Of a DNA stretch of 64,000 nucleotides, positions 51,037 to 64,000 are shown piece after piece (the stretch's first letter is position 1; every line of letters begins with the position of its first letter). The notes under the pieces are model-generated. The model was not told the DNA's origin. It searched no databases and saw nothing but the letters and a program-made list of their open reading frames with translations. The translations under genes were made by a program, and so were the position numbers. Origin of the DNA: Sarea resinae. Lineage: Eukaryota. Location: NCBI GenBank assembly GCA_026026165.1, contig JAPEUD010000001.1, positions 558,001-622,000 of the forward strand. The letters are read 5' to 3'.

Positions 51037-52129
51037 ATGCTTGTACCTTCGGCGCGGGTCTTTGTCCCGCGTCTGACTGCGCAATCGCTGCCCAGGAGCG
51101 TTGCTGCCACGCAGAAGCTATGGAGATTCGGACGCGTCGAACGCAGCTTGATGACAGCTACTCAATTGCCAGCGACCAATCAAGCTTCACACTCCGCTGG
51201 AATCAATCCCCACCAGGTACGAGCCTACTCCGAAGCCGCCAAAACCACCAAAACAAGAGCTCGAGCCAAGCCTTCGACCTCGGCAGCCAAAGCCAAAAAG
51301 CCAGCAAGCAAGAAGGTCGCTCCGAAGAAGAAGACGGTCAAGAAGGCTGTCAAACCGAAAGCTAAGCCAAAGCCTAAGAGAAAGGTGTTGACTCCGGAGC
51401 AGAAGGAAGAGGCCGCAAAGAAGAAGGAGAGGGTCGAGATCCGTGAATTGAAGAAGGCGGCGCTCACTGCACCTAAACAATTACCAGAAACTGCATTCTT
51501 GGTCCTGAGTTCGGAATTAGCTAAGAAGGAGGGTAAACTTAACGGGAAGGAAGCCGGGGAAAGATACAAGGCATTCTCCCCCCAGGAGCTGGAGGTAAGA
51601 TCTCTATCAATTCTAGACTCGTATCCAAAATATCTGACAGCAAATCGCAGCACTACAATCATATCGCAAGCAACAATAAGGTGGCCAACAAGGAAGCGTA
51701 CAAGACATGGGTTCAGAGCCACACTCCCGATGAAATCAGACAAGCGAACAGTGCCCGTACAACCCTGAAGCGACGTCTCAAGAAGAACTTTACGAAGATC
51801 AAGGATGATCGGCAGCCGTCGAGGCCGGTCATGGCTTATATCTTGTTCTACAAAGAGAGGCTGGCATCAGGCGATCTCAATAACATGAGTATCCAAGAAA
51901 AGGCTACTCTTGCCGCAAAGGAATGGAAGGGGCTGTCTGAGAGTGAGAAAAAGGTCAGCTTTCTACGGTCTTTCTCCCTGGTTCTGGTATGCTAATATTT
52001 TGTGATATTCAGAACTACTTGGACAGACAGGAGCTCGAGATGGCCCGGTACAAGAAGGAGTTCGAGGCCACTTTCCCTGAGCTTGCGGCTGCCCAAGCCA
52101 AGAAATCGAATGCCAAAGCCACTGCCTAG
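51037..52129 (+). CDS. Mitochondrial-type HMG-box protein (two HMG boxes; mtHMG1/Abf2-like)
   Basis: 3 exons (introns 51595-51650, 51954-52012). Arg/Ser-rich presequence-like N-terminus, K/A/P-rich linker, WVQSHTPDEIRQAN, IKDDRQPSRPVMAYILF, WKGLSESEK. Confidence 0.85.
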
Positions 52130-53936
52130 GTTTCTCGCCGATTTCTATTTCGAAACGCAAGATTCGAAACCACAATGCAGCTGACATATGCAATGGGTTG
52201 AATTCTGCGTGCCGGATTCCGCTAAGGTCTTTCCGCTTGCACTTCCAGATATCTGCTTCGCTTCAATATGTACTAAACCAAGGGCATTTCCTATTTTCTG
52301 CTTTCTACTACTAGGTAGGTGGGTATGGAGTACTCCGCTAGTTGGTCATTGCCAAGGGCACCAAGGGCATGTATCTTCCTACGTTGTGTACGCTGTGTAT
52401 TGTAACGGCTTTGTCGTGGCTGGCTCGTGTTCGTAACGTCTCAAGAAATACCATTCGTCTCCTTTGTCGCGGCCTTCTACTGTGCACAGCCCTGACGTTG
52501 TTGACACATCAGCACACCGGCGTAGACATAATCGTAGTCTGATTTGCTCATGACGCTGTGATGAGGCGTGAGTGGACTTGCGACTACTCTAATGACCTGT
52601 GATCTACAGTGTGAAGGACCACCGTCTCAAACGGTGAACGCTTAGCCATCCATGGATGCACAGCCGCGCACACGTACCCTACAGCTTTAGAGCAAGTAGA
52701 TTTCCCCAGAACACGGTTCGCGTCCGGGGAAGATGAAAGATCGATTGGAGGCGGTTCGATTACATTGATCCTACGACCTCTGACGTGCCGAGATCTCTGC
52801 CAGGGCATGCATGAACTTGTCCATAGGTAGGATTTCAGGTCGCAGTTGTCTGAAGACGCCACTGGTGATGACGCTGACGATGGGGATGAGGATGTTGGCC
52901 AGCTGGAGGCCTCGGGCCTCCAGTTGCTCCGCAGTAGAGTACCTTGGCCTCGTTTATGGGATCTGCAATGAATTGGAGCTTGGTCCAATTCATGGGCTAC
53001 AAGGTTACACGCCAATGAAAGCGAGCGCTACGTGCACTACGAAGCACGACGATGGGCTGCCCGCATCAAACCGGTTTATCGGCTTTCCATGGATGTACTC
53101 TGGAGTCTGGATCCCTCGTATTTGTGGCGTTTGCTGCCCAACAACGATCAATGATACTCTCCAGTACTTCCATCGTACTTGACCTCGCTCGATCAGGAAC
53201 GAGATCCGTACCCAAGAGCATTGTGTACTCATAGTAAGACAATTTACAGGCTGAGCTGCCTGGCCGTGGATGCAGCTTGAATCCAGGAACGAGGGGCCAG
53301 CGGCCAGGGGGTGCTCGTCACCCGTCATGTCAAGACTACTCCGTATGAGGGAGTACTCATCCATGGATGTATCTCGCACAACAGCTCACAGTCCCGAGAG
53401 AGGCACAGCCCGACAGAGCCACAGGGCCAAGACGGCGCTTTTGCTCATCTTGCCTCCCTAGTACGTCAAGCCACGCTTGCTGAGCTGGTTGGCCAAGGTC
53501 CAAGAAGATGCAAATTGCACATTTCGTTCGAAGACACCATGCCTACCCAGTGGTACCTGTCTGACCCTCCCCACAGGCCGGCATGGCCGGTATCGTCATG
53601 TAGCCCAAGTACGGAGAAGAGGTGTACTCCGGAGGAGAGCTGCCAGAGAACTGGGTCATCGAGCTGCATCTAAACAGGCTTGTGCCTCCCATCTTGCGGT
53701 CAAAGGCCATTGGCGCCTTCTCTCTGCCCACTAACATGACCAGGTGCACCTCGTGTGACGGATGCCTGCGTGGTGCGATTAGCTGCCAAGCTCTTTTATA
53801 AAGCCTGCCCGTGCTGCTGTTGCTGCTGTTGCTGCTGTTGCTGCTTGTCGTCTTTGGCAATTTGTCGATTATACTGTTCTTCACTCTCCATCATCCGGCT
53901 TTCTTCTTGCAAGGATCAGCTTCCGCTTCGGTCAAG

Positions 53937-55163
53937 ATGCAGTCATTCATCCTTGGTGCCGCTCTGTTGAGCTCCATGGCATTTGCACTTCCCGCCCAGG
54001 AAAAGCGCCAGGCGCAGGCGTACGTTGATCTAGCTTGCCATTGACCAAAAGTGTTTCTGGCTAACGATGGCGTTCAGGACGAACTCTGCTCAATTCTCTT
54101 CCGCCGCCAACCAGCTCATCTCGCTTTATATCCCCCCGAGCGTAGCTGTTCCTGTAGGTGTTGCCGTTCAGAGCGCAGCGTCGGCGGAGAGCATCACTGG
54201 CGACATCAATTCGATCCTGAACTCGGCCCTCATGGCCACCAGCGCACCCTCGTTCCTCTCAGCTGTCCCGACCGAATATCACTCCAACATCGTCTCTCTC
54301 GAAGCCGCTATCAGTGCTCTTCGCGGAGCTGCCAACACTGGCATCGCGGGCGCACCCGTCATCCTCACAACGACTGATTCTGCCGGAAATACGATTACGA
54401 GTACGTCAGCCGCGTCAAGCGCCAGTGTCATCACCACAACAAACTCAGCTGGAAGTAGCTACACCTCGACACTAACACCTGCTGGAGTCGCTGTCATCGT
54501 CACTACCAACTCGGCGGGGAGCACATATACTACTACGAGCTCGGCCAGCAGCAAATCCGGTGCCGGAGTTGTGACTACGACAGATTCTGCCGGCAGCACT
54601 ATCACGAGCACAGAGAGTGGAAGCAGTAGTGCCACCAGTGGAGCGGGTGCAGTGGTCACAACGACGAACTCCGCCGGAAGCACCATTACAAGTACGAAGA
54701 GCGGATCTTCAACATCTGGCGCAGCAGGAGCAGTGGTCACAACTACCAACTCAGATGGTAGCACCATTACGAGCACCGAGAGCGTAAGTCACAGTCCCCC
54801 TTCGCATACGGGATTGAAAAGCTCAGCTGATCATCAATACAGTCAACGACTCCAGCATCTAGCGCCTCCGGCTCTACTGCAGCATCCTCAACCTCGAGTG
54901 GTGCAGCTGCTTCGGCTTCATCGGGAGCCTCCAGTGTCTCCAGCGCAGCTTCGTCAGGTGCCGCGGGTGCCAAGAGCACAGCTTCGTCAGGTGCCGCGGG
55001 CGCCAAGAGCACAGCTTCCTCTGATATTGCAGGCGCCAAGAGCACTGCATCTGGTGCCGTTCACTCGGCTACCTCTGCGGCCAAATCGAAGGCTGGAGCT
55101 GCGGCCACCCAAGTTCCAGTCGCAGCAGCTCTCGGTCTGCTCGGTATGGCCTTTGCTCTGTAA
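53937..55163 (+). CDS. Secreted Ser/Thr/Ala-rich, probably GPI-anchored cell-wall protein
   Basis: 3 exons (introns 54020-54078, 54784-54842). Signal peptide, EKR Kex2-like site, about 6 VTTTNSAGSTITST-like repeats, hydrophobic end VPVAAALGLLGMAFAL*; TATAAA about 53798. Confidence 0.88.
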
Positions 55164-55986
55164 AGGGTGTGTATGCACAACGAAGTAATAGCATCGTTTC
55201 CAGCATATGCGAAGATGGATAAGAGAGGGGTCACGAAAACCATAAGACGTTTGCATGAGCAATTGAGCGAAATGAGCGTAATGATTTGTTTTTTTTTTCT
55301 CTTCATACAAGCGTGGTGCTTACATCACCAGATACCCTGCTACACACATTACATACCTGATCTATCTTAATGGTCCTGACTGCCTCAGGCCGATGTAATT
55401 ATGAATACGAAGCTCGATAATACGATATATACATCTCGTTGAATTCCATACTGGCTTGGAGAACATTTGATATGACAGAACTCCAGGCCTATGCGATATA
55501 TCGCACTCGTCAAGCTACTCCGGAGTAGTTCCTGAAGGTCTGGGCCGGACCCTTGAGTTTGTGGGGTGCGGGTTTCACGTCGAACATCTAGGTACAGAGT
55601 ACACACTAGTGTCTGTATATTTCCTTATCTAGATATGTACTCCGTACTTCGATACCTTGAAGTGATCCCCGGGCACATCCATGGATGTCCGATCCCGATT
55701 CTCATGACGTATGGGCTTTTTCGCGGGTGACACCAAGGATGCTTCCCTACCTTCTTAGCTTCAAGTTCCTTATCCGACGGGCTATCGAAGCTCGGGCTCA
55801 ACAGTAGGGTTCCTGCGGTTTCCTTTTTGGAGACACGGAATCACATTGTGAGCCACACTTGTCTCTAACATCTACAGAACTTGACACCACAGCGTTCTTG
55901 GAAGATATAGACCGGCGGATGAAGAATGCAACTCGCTGTCTCATAGAAATCCCCCAACGTTCCCGCCATTCGAGCATCTGGACATT

Positions 55987-57518
55987 ATGGCTTCATCAGG
56001 CCTGTTGCCGTCCTTCCTTGGGGCATTGCAGGCTTCTCTGTCCGTGGTTTTGACCATTACTTACGGCGTTATTGCGGCGCAATTCTCTCTGCTGAGCGAG
56101 TCGTCGGCAAAGGATATATCGAAGCTGTGCGTGCGCATGTTCCTGCCGGCATTGCTCATCACGAACGTTGGGTCCGAACTGCACTTCGATACTATCTTAA
56201 GATATGTCCCAATCCTGAGTAAGACAAGATTCCCTCGCCCCTTGACTTGTCCATTTTCAAATTGACCTACGATTAGTTTGGTCCCTGATCTACACCTTCC
56301 TGTCAATGGCAATTGGCTTTGTGGCGACACGGTTCCTACGTATGCCTAACTGGGTCGTACCTGCGCTCTGCTTCAACAATACTACTTCTTTACCGCTCCT
56401 TCTCGTTCAGTCACTTGACGCAACGGGCATTCTCAAGGGTCTGGTCATGGGCGAGGACGATACAACATCCAAAGCCGTCAGTCGAGCGAAGTCATACTTC
56501 TTGGTCTGTGCCATGGTCGGGAATTCTTTGACTTTCGCCCTTGGTCCGAAGCTGCTCAATGGACAAGAGGAGGATGCGCCAGACGGAGAGAGAGATGACG
56601 ATGCATCAAAGGATCTCGCTAGCGACGAGGACGGTCCGGCTGGGCAGAATGGCGATCTGGAACAGGGGCAGGATGACCAAGGGACAGAAGAGGATGCACA
56701 TGAAGAGACGTCCCTGCTACCGGATTCGGTAGTACATACAGAAGACGACGTAGGCAACTACGCGCACAGGAAAGGTAGTAAGATATGGAACCGCCTGTCC
56801 ACTCGGATACAAGCAACTCTCGACTTCATGTACGCATTTCTAAATGCCCCTCTGATCGGCGCTGCCATTGGAGCTGTTATTGGATTGGTGCCGCCCCTCC
56901 ACAAGGCTTTCTTCGTCAGCCCCGAGAAGGGAGGGTTCTTCCAGGCCTGGTTAACAGCGAGCATCAAAAACATTGGAGAACTGTTTGCCGCACTACAGAT
57001 AGTGGTCGTGGGCGTCAAGCTGAGTAACAGTCTTCGGAAGATGAAGAACGGAGAGGACTCTGGAGCGGTGCCCTGGGGAGCCATGGTTTTTGTCACCTTC
57101 ATAAGGTTTATTTTATGGCCGGTGTGAGTCGGAGCCTTCTCTCAGCCCCCACTCTCTTCTGCTCGTTTACTGACCGAACTCTCCGCTGGCTCAGTATCAG
57201 CATTGCTACCATTTGGGGTGTAGCAAGCAAAACGAATTGGTTGGACGACGATCCAATGCTATGGTTTGCCTTGATGCTCATGCCAACTGGACCGCCGGCG
57301 CTGAAGTTGACGGCCTTGGCCGATGTCAATGGATCGGGAGAACAGGAGAAGCTTCGAATCGCCAAATTTCTGACGGTATGTTGCTCACGCATGTCTTTCA
57401 TTGACCAGGGCTGACTGTATTGGCTTCATCCTACTAGATTTCATATACCGTATCACCCTTGATTTGTTTCGCCGTAGTAGGGAGTTTGAAGGCGTCAATA
57501 GCAGTGATGGATAAATAG
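55987..57518 (+). CDS. Auxin efflux carrier / PILS-like membrane transporter
   Basis: 4 exons. Motifs FLPALL, FNNTTSLPLLLVQSL, acidic loop with ETSLLP, NAPLIGA, RFILWP, PTGPPA. Confidence 0.9.
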
Positions 57519-57855
57519 GCGGCAAGTAGAGCTCTGGATTATATTTTGGCGTTAGGAGGACAGCGTAGATATATCGTACCAATACAAGCTATATTTAATC
57601 CCTATTGATCCATCAGTATGGAGTTGTGATATTCGAGGTCCGCTATTGGGGGCAAAGATAACTAGGGATGTCTTTATGCAAACAATGCAAACATTGGTGC
57701 AAACCGTGCAAACAAAACATGGGTGTCGGTGATTGTGCAGCTTAGCGAGGGAAAAAGTTAAGAACGACGGTCAAGCACAGACAGAGACAGACAGAGATTC
57801 GAATATTATCAAGTTCGAAAATCTTACTACTCAGAGCCATTTCAAACCCTTGAAA

Positions 57856-60183
57856 ATGGCCGGCATCAAGCGCAAGAGTGTTTCCGAGAGCACCAAGCCG
57901 GTGAGCAATGGAAAAGCAAAGAAACCCAAGGTCGACGTCGCGCCGCCGAAGTCGTCCAAGTCGGCAGCGAAAAAACAAACCAAAGTAGCGAAAGCGGTCC
58001 CACAGCAAGTGCCGGATGATTCGCCGGAGACTGCATCTTCGGAGAGCGAAGATGTATTTGATGGGCTCTCAGACGATAGTAGAGACAGCATGGATGAGGC
58101 GGATAGCGACCTGGAGGACGGGGGTGTTTCCGTCGAGAAATCTTCCACATCGCATGCTCCCAAGTCTGGTGGAAAAAGCGGGGATGCGAATGGCGCCCTG
58201 AATTGTACGCTCTTTTCTTTCCAGATGTCTCGCCAAGAGCTGCTCCTAACGGTCCATTTCTAGCTACAAACTCCAAGGAGGCCCATGCGAAGCAAAAGGT
58301 GCTCGCGCAAGAGCGCAAAGCGGCCAAGCCGAACGCGGATGCGATTCAGAGGACGAAGAAGATCTGGGAGCGTCTACGTCGCAAATCGCATGTCCCCCGC
58401 GACGAGCGAAAAGAGCTGGTGACAGAGCTCTTCGAGATCATCACTGGACGGGTCAAGGACTTTGTTCTGAAGCATGACTCGGTCAGGGTCATCCAAACTG
58501 CGCTGAAATATGGGAATCTGGAGCAGAGGAAGATGATTGCAACTGAGCTCAAGGGAGAGTACAAGGGCCTCGCTGAGAGTCGATATGCGAAGTTTCTTAT
58601 TGGGAAGCTGCTAGTGCACGGGTAGGTTTAACTTCATGTGGTGACTGGATACCCCTAATTGACTCTAATTGTTTTGCAGAGACGCTGAGATCAGAGACCT
58701 GATCGTCCCCGAATTTTACGGCAATGTCCGTCGCATGATCAAGCACCCAGAAGCATCCTGGATCCTCGACGACACGTATCGCGGCATCGCCTCTCCCAGT
58801 CAGAAAGCCATCATCCTGCGAGAATGGTACGGCCCGGAATTCGCTCTCTTCCGAACCCAAGGCCCCGACTCGAACCCGACGTCCGACCTCTCCGAGATCC
58901 TAGCAGCAAACCCCGAGAAGCGTGGCCCGATCATGCGCAGCCTGTACGAGCTCATCAACCAGCTCGTACAGAAGAAAACGGCCGGCTTCACACTCTTGCA
59001 CGATGCGATGCTGCAGTACTTTTTAAACACCAAGCCCGGCAGTGAAGAAGCCACGGAATTTATCGAGCTGCTCAAGAGCGACGACGAAGGCGACCTGCTC
59101 AAGAACCTCGCCTTCACCAAATCCGGCGCCCGGGTCGTCTGTCTGGGCCTCGCCTACAGCGGCGCCAAAGACCGCAAGCTCATCCTCAAGACGTACAAGG
59201 ATCTCATCTCGGACCTGGCCTTTGACGTGCATGGCCACGCCATCCTGCTCGCCGCCTACGACGTCATCGACGACACCGTCCTGGTCTCCAAATCCATCTT
59301 TCCCGACCTCCTCGGCGGCAAGGACGGCGCGGAGAAACAAGACGCGCACATCGTCAGCCTAGCCAACGACCTCAACGCCCGCATCCCCTTACTCTACCTT
59401 TTCGCCGGGCCCACGGCCAAATGGCTGCTCCCCGCCGACGACCTCACGCTGCTGCAGTCCCTGCACGCCATCCGCGCCTCGACATCCAAAAAGGAGTCCG
59501 CCACGCGCCGGGCCGAACTCCTGCGCTCGCTGTCCCCGCCCGTCCTCGCCGCCATCTCATCGCACGCCGCCGCGCTCATGCAGACGTCCTTTGGCTGCCA
59601 GCTGATCACCGAAGCGGCGCTCTCCGCCCCAGGCGCCGAGGTCGACAAAACGCCCGCTCTCACCGCCGTCGCCGACGCCGCCGCCTCGTCGGGCTCTTCT
59701 TCTGACCCCGTCTCCCCCGCCTCGGCCCGCATGCTCAAGACGCTCGTCCTGGGCGGCCGCTTCAACCCGGCCTCGAAATCCATCGAGCCCGTCTCGCCGC
59801 CGCTGCGCTTTGCCGACCTCCTCTACGCCCGCATCCAGCCGGACCTCGTGAGGTGGGCCACGGGCGCCGGCTCGTTCGTCGTGCTCGGCCTGGTCGAGAG
59901 CCCGGATTTCGCCGCCACGGACGAGGTCCGCGCCGCGCTGAGGACGCACCGGGACGCGCTGGAGCGAGCGGCGAGGCAGGAGACGAGCGAGCAGAAGGCT
60001 AGACGGGAGAAAGAGGCCGCTGACGAGGCCGAGGCCGAGGACGAGAACGGAGGAACGAGCAAGGCGGGCGGGCAGGCGCTGCCGAAGAAGGAGAAGAAGA
60101 AGGGCACCAAGGCCAAGAAAGACGGGCCCGTTCGCGAGGTCGGGAATAAGGGCTCGAAGCTCCTGCTGGAGAAACTGGCCTAG
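57856..60183 (+). CDS. PUF6: Pumilio-homology ribosome biogenesis protein Puf6/PUM3
   Basis: 3 exons (introns about 58205-58263, 58622-58678). Motifs KKIWERLRRK, KHDSVRVIQTALKYG, EWYGPEF, IDDTVLVSK, TSKK, NKGSKLLLEKL. Confidence 0.93.
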
Positions 60184-60479
60184 GATGGTTTGGCCTAATG
60201 TTCCCTTTTTTTTTCTTTGGTTTCGCTGTTCATCTTTGGCGGGGGCGAGGGCGAGGGTGGACGCTTCCGTTTTTTTTTTTGATCTACATATTTTACCATT
60301 GTCTTTATCTTACATTACTTGACCTCATCACATTACATTACATTGCATGACATCGCCTTGTCTTGCCTTGTCTTGTCTTGTCTGGTCTTGCCTGACATAT
60401 ATATAGACGTAGTAGGGCTAGTCCGACTGCACGAGTAAAAAATGCTAGGAATTCTACCTACCCTGTCTTACGTAGGCCT

Positions 60480-61060
60480 TCATCGAATCGAACTCTCTCT
60501 CTCTCTCTCTCTCTCTCTACCTCTCTCTAGCGCTCTTCCTCCATACCTCTCTTTCTGGCTCTCTCTACTTCTACCTCGACCTGATTGATTGATTGATTGA
60601 TTCATAAATCGATAGATCCAGAGCCCGAACAATTGTTGGTTTTGATTGGAGGCATGTGGGTAGGTAGGTAGGTAGATATAAACCGATAGAATTGGTATAC
60701 CTAAGGTAGACACAACCAAGACCCAAACCAGCCCGAATGTCTAGACCTAACAGAACTAAACCAAATCTAAAAGAACAGACATGAATAGAACCGAACCGAA
60801 CAGAATGAATGGCATAGGTCGAGTCAAGTCGAGTCGAGTCGAATCAAGTCAAGAAGAAGAACAAGGGGAGGAGGAGGAGGAGGAGGAGGAAAGGGGTGAT
60901 GTATAGAAGAACGTCTGGGTCTGGGTCTGCATGAGGTCTGAGTCTGGATTTGTATGAGGTCTGGGTCTGGACCGGGGTCTGGATGACTATATTGAATTGC
61001 ACAGCACTCAACTGCATCGGACTGTACTGCACCGCACCGCATTGCTGCCCCCAACTCGGC
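60480..61060. repeat. Microsatellite-rich intergenic region between the convergent PUF6 and DPB4 genes
   Basis: (CT)n, (GATT)n, (GGTA)n, (GAGTC)n, (GGA)n and (GTCTGG)n runs. Confidence 0.85.
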
Positions 61061-61189
61061 CCCCTCCATCGCTGACCGAGACGAAAACCAAAACTAATAC
61101 TAGTGACGCCCAAAAAGCCCCCGGGAGAACGAGGCCCAAGCCGAAAGCCGAAAGGCCAAAAAGGCCAAAGCCCAAAAAGGACAACGCGA

Positions 61190-61664
61190 TCAATCCGAGT
61201 CCTCGTCGCCCTCGTCTTCGTCGACGGTATCGTCGCCGTCGCCATCCCCGTGCCCGTGCCCGCGTCCAGCATCGGCTCGACGGCGCGCGGCTTGTGAGTC
61301 GTCGATGACGCGGTCGCCGTCGTCCTCTTCCTCATCCTCCTCCTCGTCATCTTCGTCGTCGTCTTCGACTTCTTCTTCTTCGTCGACGTCTTCGTCTTCG
61401 TTCCCGCCGGACGATCCCTCTTCCGCTGTTTCAAACTCCTCGCCGCCGTCTTCCTCCTCCTCTTCTGCGTCGGCGTTGGCGTCTTCGACTTCCGTGTCCC
61501 CTTCTTCTGTACCGCTTGGTTGTTTTGGTTGTTGAGGACCAGGTTTCGCGGCTGATGTAGATGTAGATGTAGATAAAGCTTTGGGTTTGGCGGTAGGCGT
61601 GGAACCGTGGTCGAGTGTCGAGCGCCGTGGCTTCTTGTGCGGATGTCTGCCTCCTCCTTCTTCC

Positions 61665-61696
<32 letters not shown>

Positions 61697-62694
61697 GTCG
61701 ACCTCCTCGTCGCCTGGTTCTGCTGCTGTTTTCGATGCTTTTTTAGTCCGCGAGGACGAAGACGGCGGGGCGGTGGGCGGCGAGGTGGTGGCTGGCTTTT
61801 TCTGTCGGGAGGTCTTTTTCGCAGCTTGTATTTCAATGAATCCTAGAGTGCGTAATATAATCAGACAACGAAAATCCTCAAGTCCTTGTTTCTCATATAA
61901 AGTCGTCTCGATAGCTGATGAGGGTAAGACAAACTTTCTATCTCGGCCTCCAGGCGGGGGTTGAACCATGCGAGCCCCAATCCGTTCATGGATTCCACGA
62001 CGTCTTGCGGCATTATGGTCTTCTTGTTGTTTCGTTGGGCGTTTTCGTTGGCGCTGTTGGATGTGTACATTCGAGTTAGCTGGCGCTGCGCTGCTCTGTT
62101 CTGCTGTCTCGTCTCTCCAATGTGGAAATTATCATCCGCCTCTATCATACTCTCGCTCTTCTTCCTCCCCTTCATCATCCCCTTCTCTCTCTTTCTATCA
62201 TCTATAGAGGCCTCCCACCCATCAGACCCCCGCTGTCAAGCAAACACCCTAGCGCAGCAGATAGAAGAAAAGACACATACGTCGAAGCGAGATAGTTCAC
62301 GAACACGGTCGCGCTCTTGCAAATGGCGGTGACAGCATCCTTCTGGATCTGCGTATTCGGGGGCAGCGAGCTCTTGGCCAGCCGCTGAACGATGGTACGA
62401 GGAAGTAGCAGGTCCTGGTGATCAAATAATGTCACACGTTAGCCCCCCTCATTGCACGTCCTGGACCTTGCTGGGTCTTGTGTGTGCACGCAGCAACAGT
62501 TTGCTTGCGATTTCACCTTGCTTCGATATAGCGGAAGACTTTGGGGGCTCGATTTGAGGGCTCTCTCGCAGAAGTGCACGTACATCGATGCTGACACCTC
62601 CTCCTGCGCTTGCAGCAGCAGCGGTACCGTCTTTCGCAGGCGTGCTCTCGTCGCCGGTGGCGGCTTTGGAGCCGTCGCTCTTGCGCGGGGGCAT
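61190..62694 (-). CDS. DPB4: DNA polymerase epsilon / ISW2 histone-fold subunit Dpb4 with a long acidic tail
   Basis: 4 exons (62694-62584, 62414-62281, 62053-61935, 61842-61190). MPPRK..SIDDLLLPRTIVQRLAK..IQKDA..KSATVFVNYL..ANENA..KKTIMPQDV histone fold. Confidence 0.92.
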
Positions 62695-63761
62695 CTTCTA
62701 GGTGTGAGGATAGCCGGCTAAGAGAGTAAGTGAAGCAGTCGGAGAGATGGCTCTTGATGGCTTCGGGATGTGACAGTGGAAGACTTTGATGATCGAGGCC
62801 AGTAAGAGTAAGAATTGATGTGACCCTGTCTATCAATGGTACTGATTAAGTCGTGTGTATCTTCGTCGAGTCCACGGCAGTCATCGTCATCGTTGTCGTC
62901 GTCAGTCGTGAGGATTTAGGGAATCGCACTTTTGTTCATGCCATTCGCTGGTAGACGCGACACTACGCGAGTCGGGTCCCTGCACGCGTTGATGAGCAAC
63001 GGTCAAATCTCCGTGACTCTAGATCTCCTATCAGAGCACAGCACATCACAAAGCAACATATTTCTGTCTGTAACCTCGTTTTGAACTGTGTTTGGATTTT
63101 TACATTAGCTACTACTATACATAATGCTGTACTATATAGGATAGATAAGCCATTGCCCATGAATAGGACGAACTCATCGAGCCGTCCGTTCACCAGACTT
63201 CTCTCATCCACTTCCCCTTATACCCCGTTTTAGTTCTAGTCCCGCTGTCCCGCTCCGTAGATGAACGAGATTTATTACAAGAAGCCAAGATGTCCAAGTT
63301 CTTGAGATGATGTGGAAATGACCAAGCGCATGCTCCAGCATGTACTCATCGCCGTTTGTTCATCGCCGCTGATTCTGTACAGCATACGGATACGATCTTA
63401 TATCGACCGATCCGGGATTCCAAAATAGGTAACGCCACCATTAATGCACCCAAAGATAGGGAAAGGTGTGAAATGGTCTTCGAGCTCTCTGCCTGCACAA
63501 GTAAAGCTGGCCAAAATTTTGCAGGATGAATAATAAAAGGCCCGAGACGATCGATAAAAGGAGATCGGCCCGCATGTTTGACGTGCATATGTCGTGACTT
63601 CGAAACGCCGTCTCCCAAGTGGCTGTAGTGGCGGTTTTGAGAGGTTCCCGTGCGCCGCAATGCATGTGTCGTCCAAAAAGAGATCAGATATTCGGGTATA
63701 GCGGATCAGGTACTAAAAGCATTGAATGGATGCGGCGAACCACGGGCCTTCGAGATCAGGC

Positions 63762-64000
63762 CTAGCTGATCAGATCTCGAACTTTGTGTCGTTCGTCCAG
63801 AATTTCAGCCTGCAAGCGCCTCGTCCGTTTCATGGCCTCATCCCTATTTCCAAGAATCAGCAAATATCTATCAGAGCCTCTCCGTGAAATCATACCTTTC
63901 TGTCTGCAGCTCCGCCACTTCAATCTGCGCCATGTTCATCCTCCCCACTACTTGCTCCATCTCCTTATCGGCATCCCTAAGCGCCCTTTCCAAATCGTCG
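63762..64000 (-). CDS. 3' end of a coiled-coil protein running off the window (resembles spindle-pole-body SnaD-type C-terminus, tentative)
   Basis: DDLERALRDADKEMEQVVGRMNMAQIEVAELQTER / DEAMKRTRRLQAEILDERHKVRDLIS*; intron 63895-63844. Confidence 0.7.

Noticed and set aside
60844..61836. 330-aa K/R-rich ORF overlapping DPB4
   Set aside because: Alternative frame of GAA/GAG/GAC repeats; splice phase selects the acidic frame.
62054..62280. ATGATGA in the long DPB4 intron 2 as a second snoRNA
   Set aside because: No downstream CTGA box D and no recognisable rRNA or snRNA guide.
1400..62694. CHD1, SIR2, IEC1 and DPB4 as a chromatin gene cluster
   Set aside because: Dispersed over 60 kb among unrelated genes; no evidence beyond chance without synteny data.

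Overview
Eukaryotic DNA from a filamentous ascomycete (Pezizomycotina): short GT-AG introns with CTRAC/CTRAY branch sites, gene-dense, no prokaryotic features. I can reconstruct 18 complete, intron-containing protein genes plus one partial gene at the right edge and one candidate small orphan. Most are housekeeping: Chd1, an ArAE/FUSC membrane protein, a Sir2/Hst1 sirtuin, Mon2, Mms2, Acl4, SCAP, Iec1, a PTH11-like GPCR, Prp5, a mitochondrial HMG-box protein, a GPI cell-wall protein, a PILS-like carrier, Puf6 and Dpb4. Two things stand out. (1) An unannotated intronic box C/D RNA (minus strand, about 14375-14528) lies in an apparently non-coding host transcript. It carries two antisense guides, one predicting U2 snRNA Am30 and one predicting 5.8S rRNA Gm75, separated by a long hairpin. 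(2) A three-exon gene (30635-33583, minus) has a Ty3/gypsy-type Gag capsid-like domain fused to a coiled coil and a Q/N-rich tail, with no pol or LTR seen, so it is a candidate domesticated gag. All family assignments come from motif recognition by eye; no database searches were run. Exon boundaries were read manually and may be off by a few bases.
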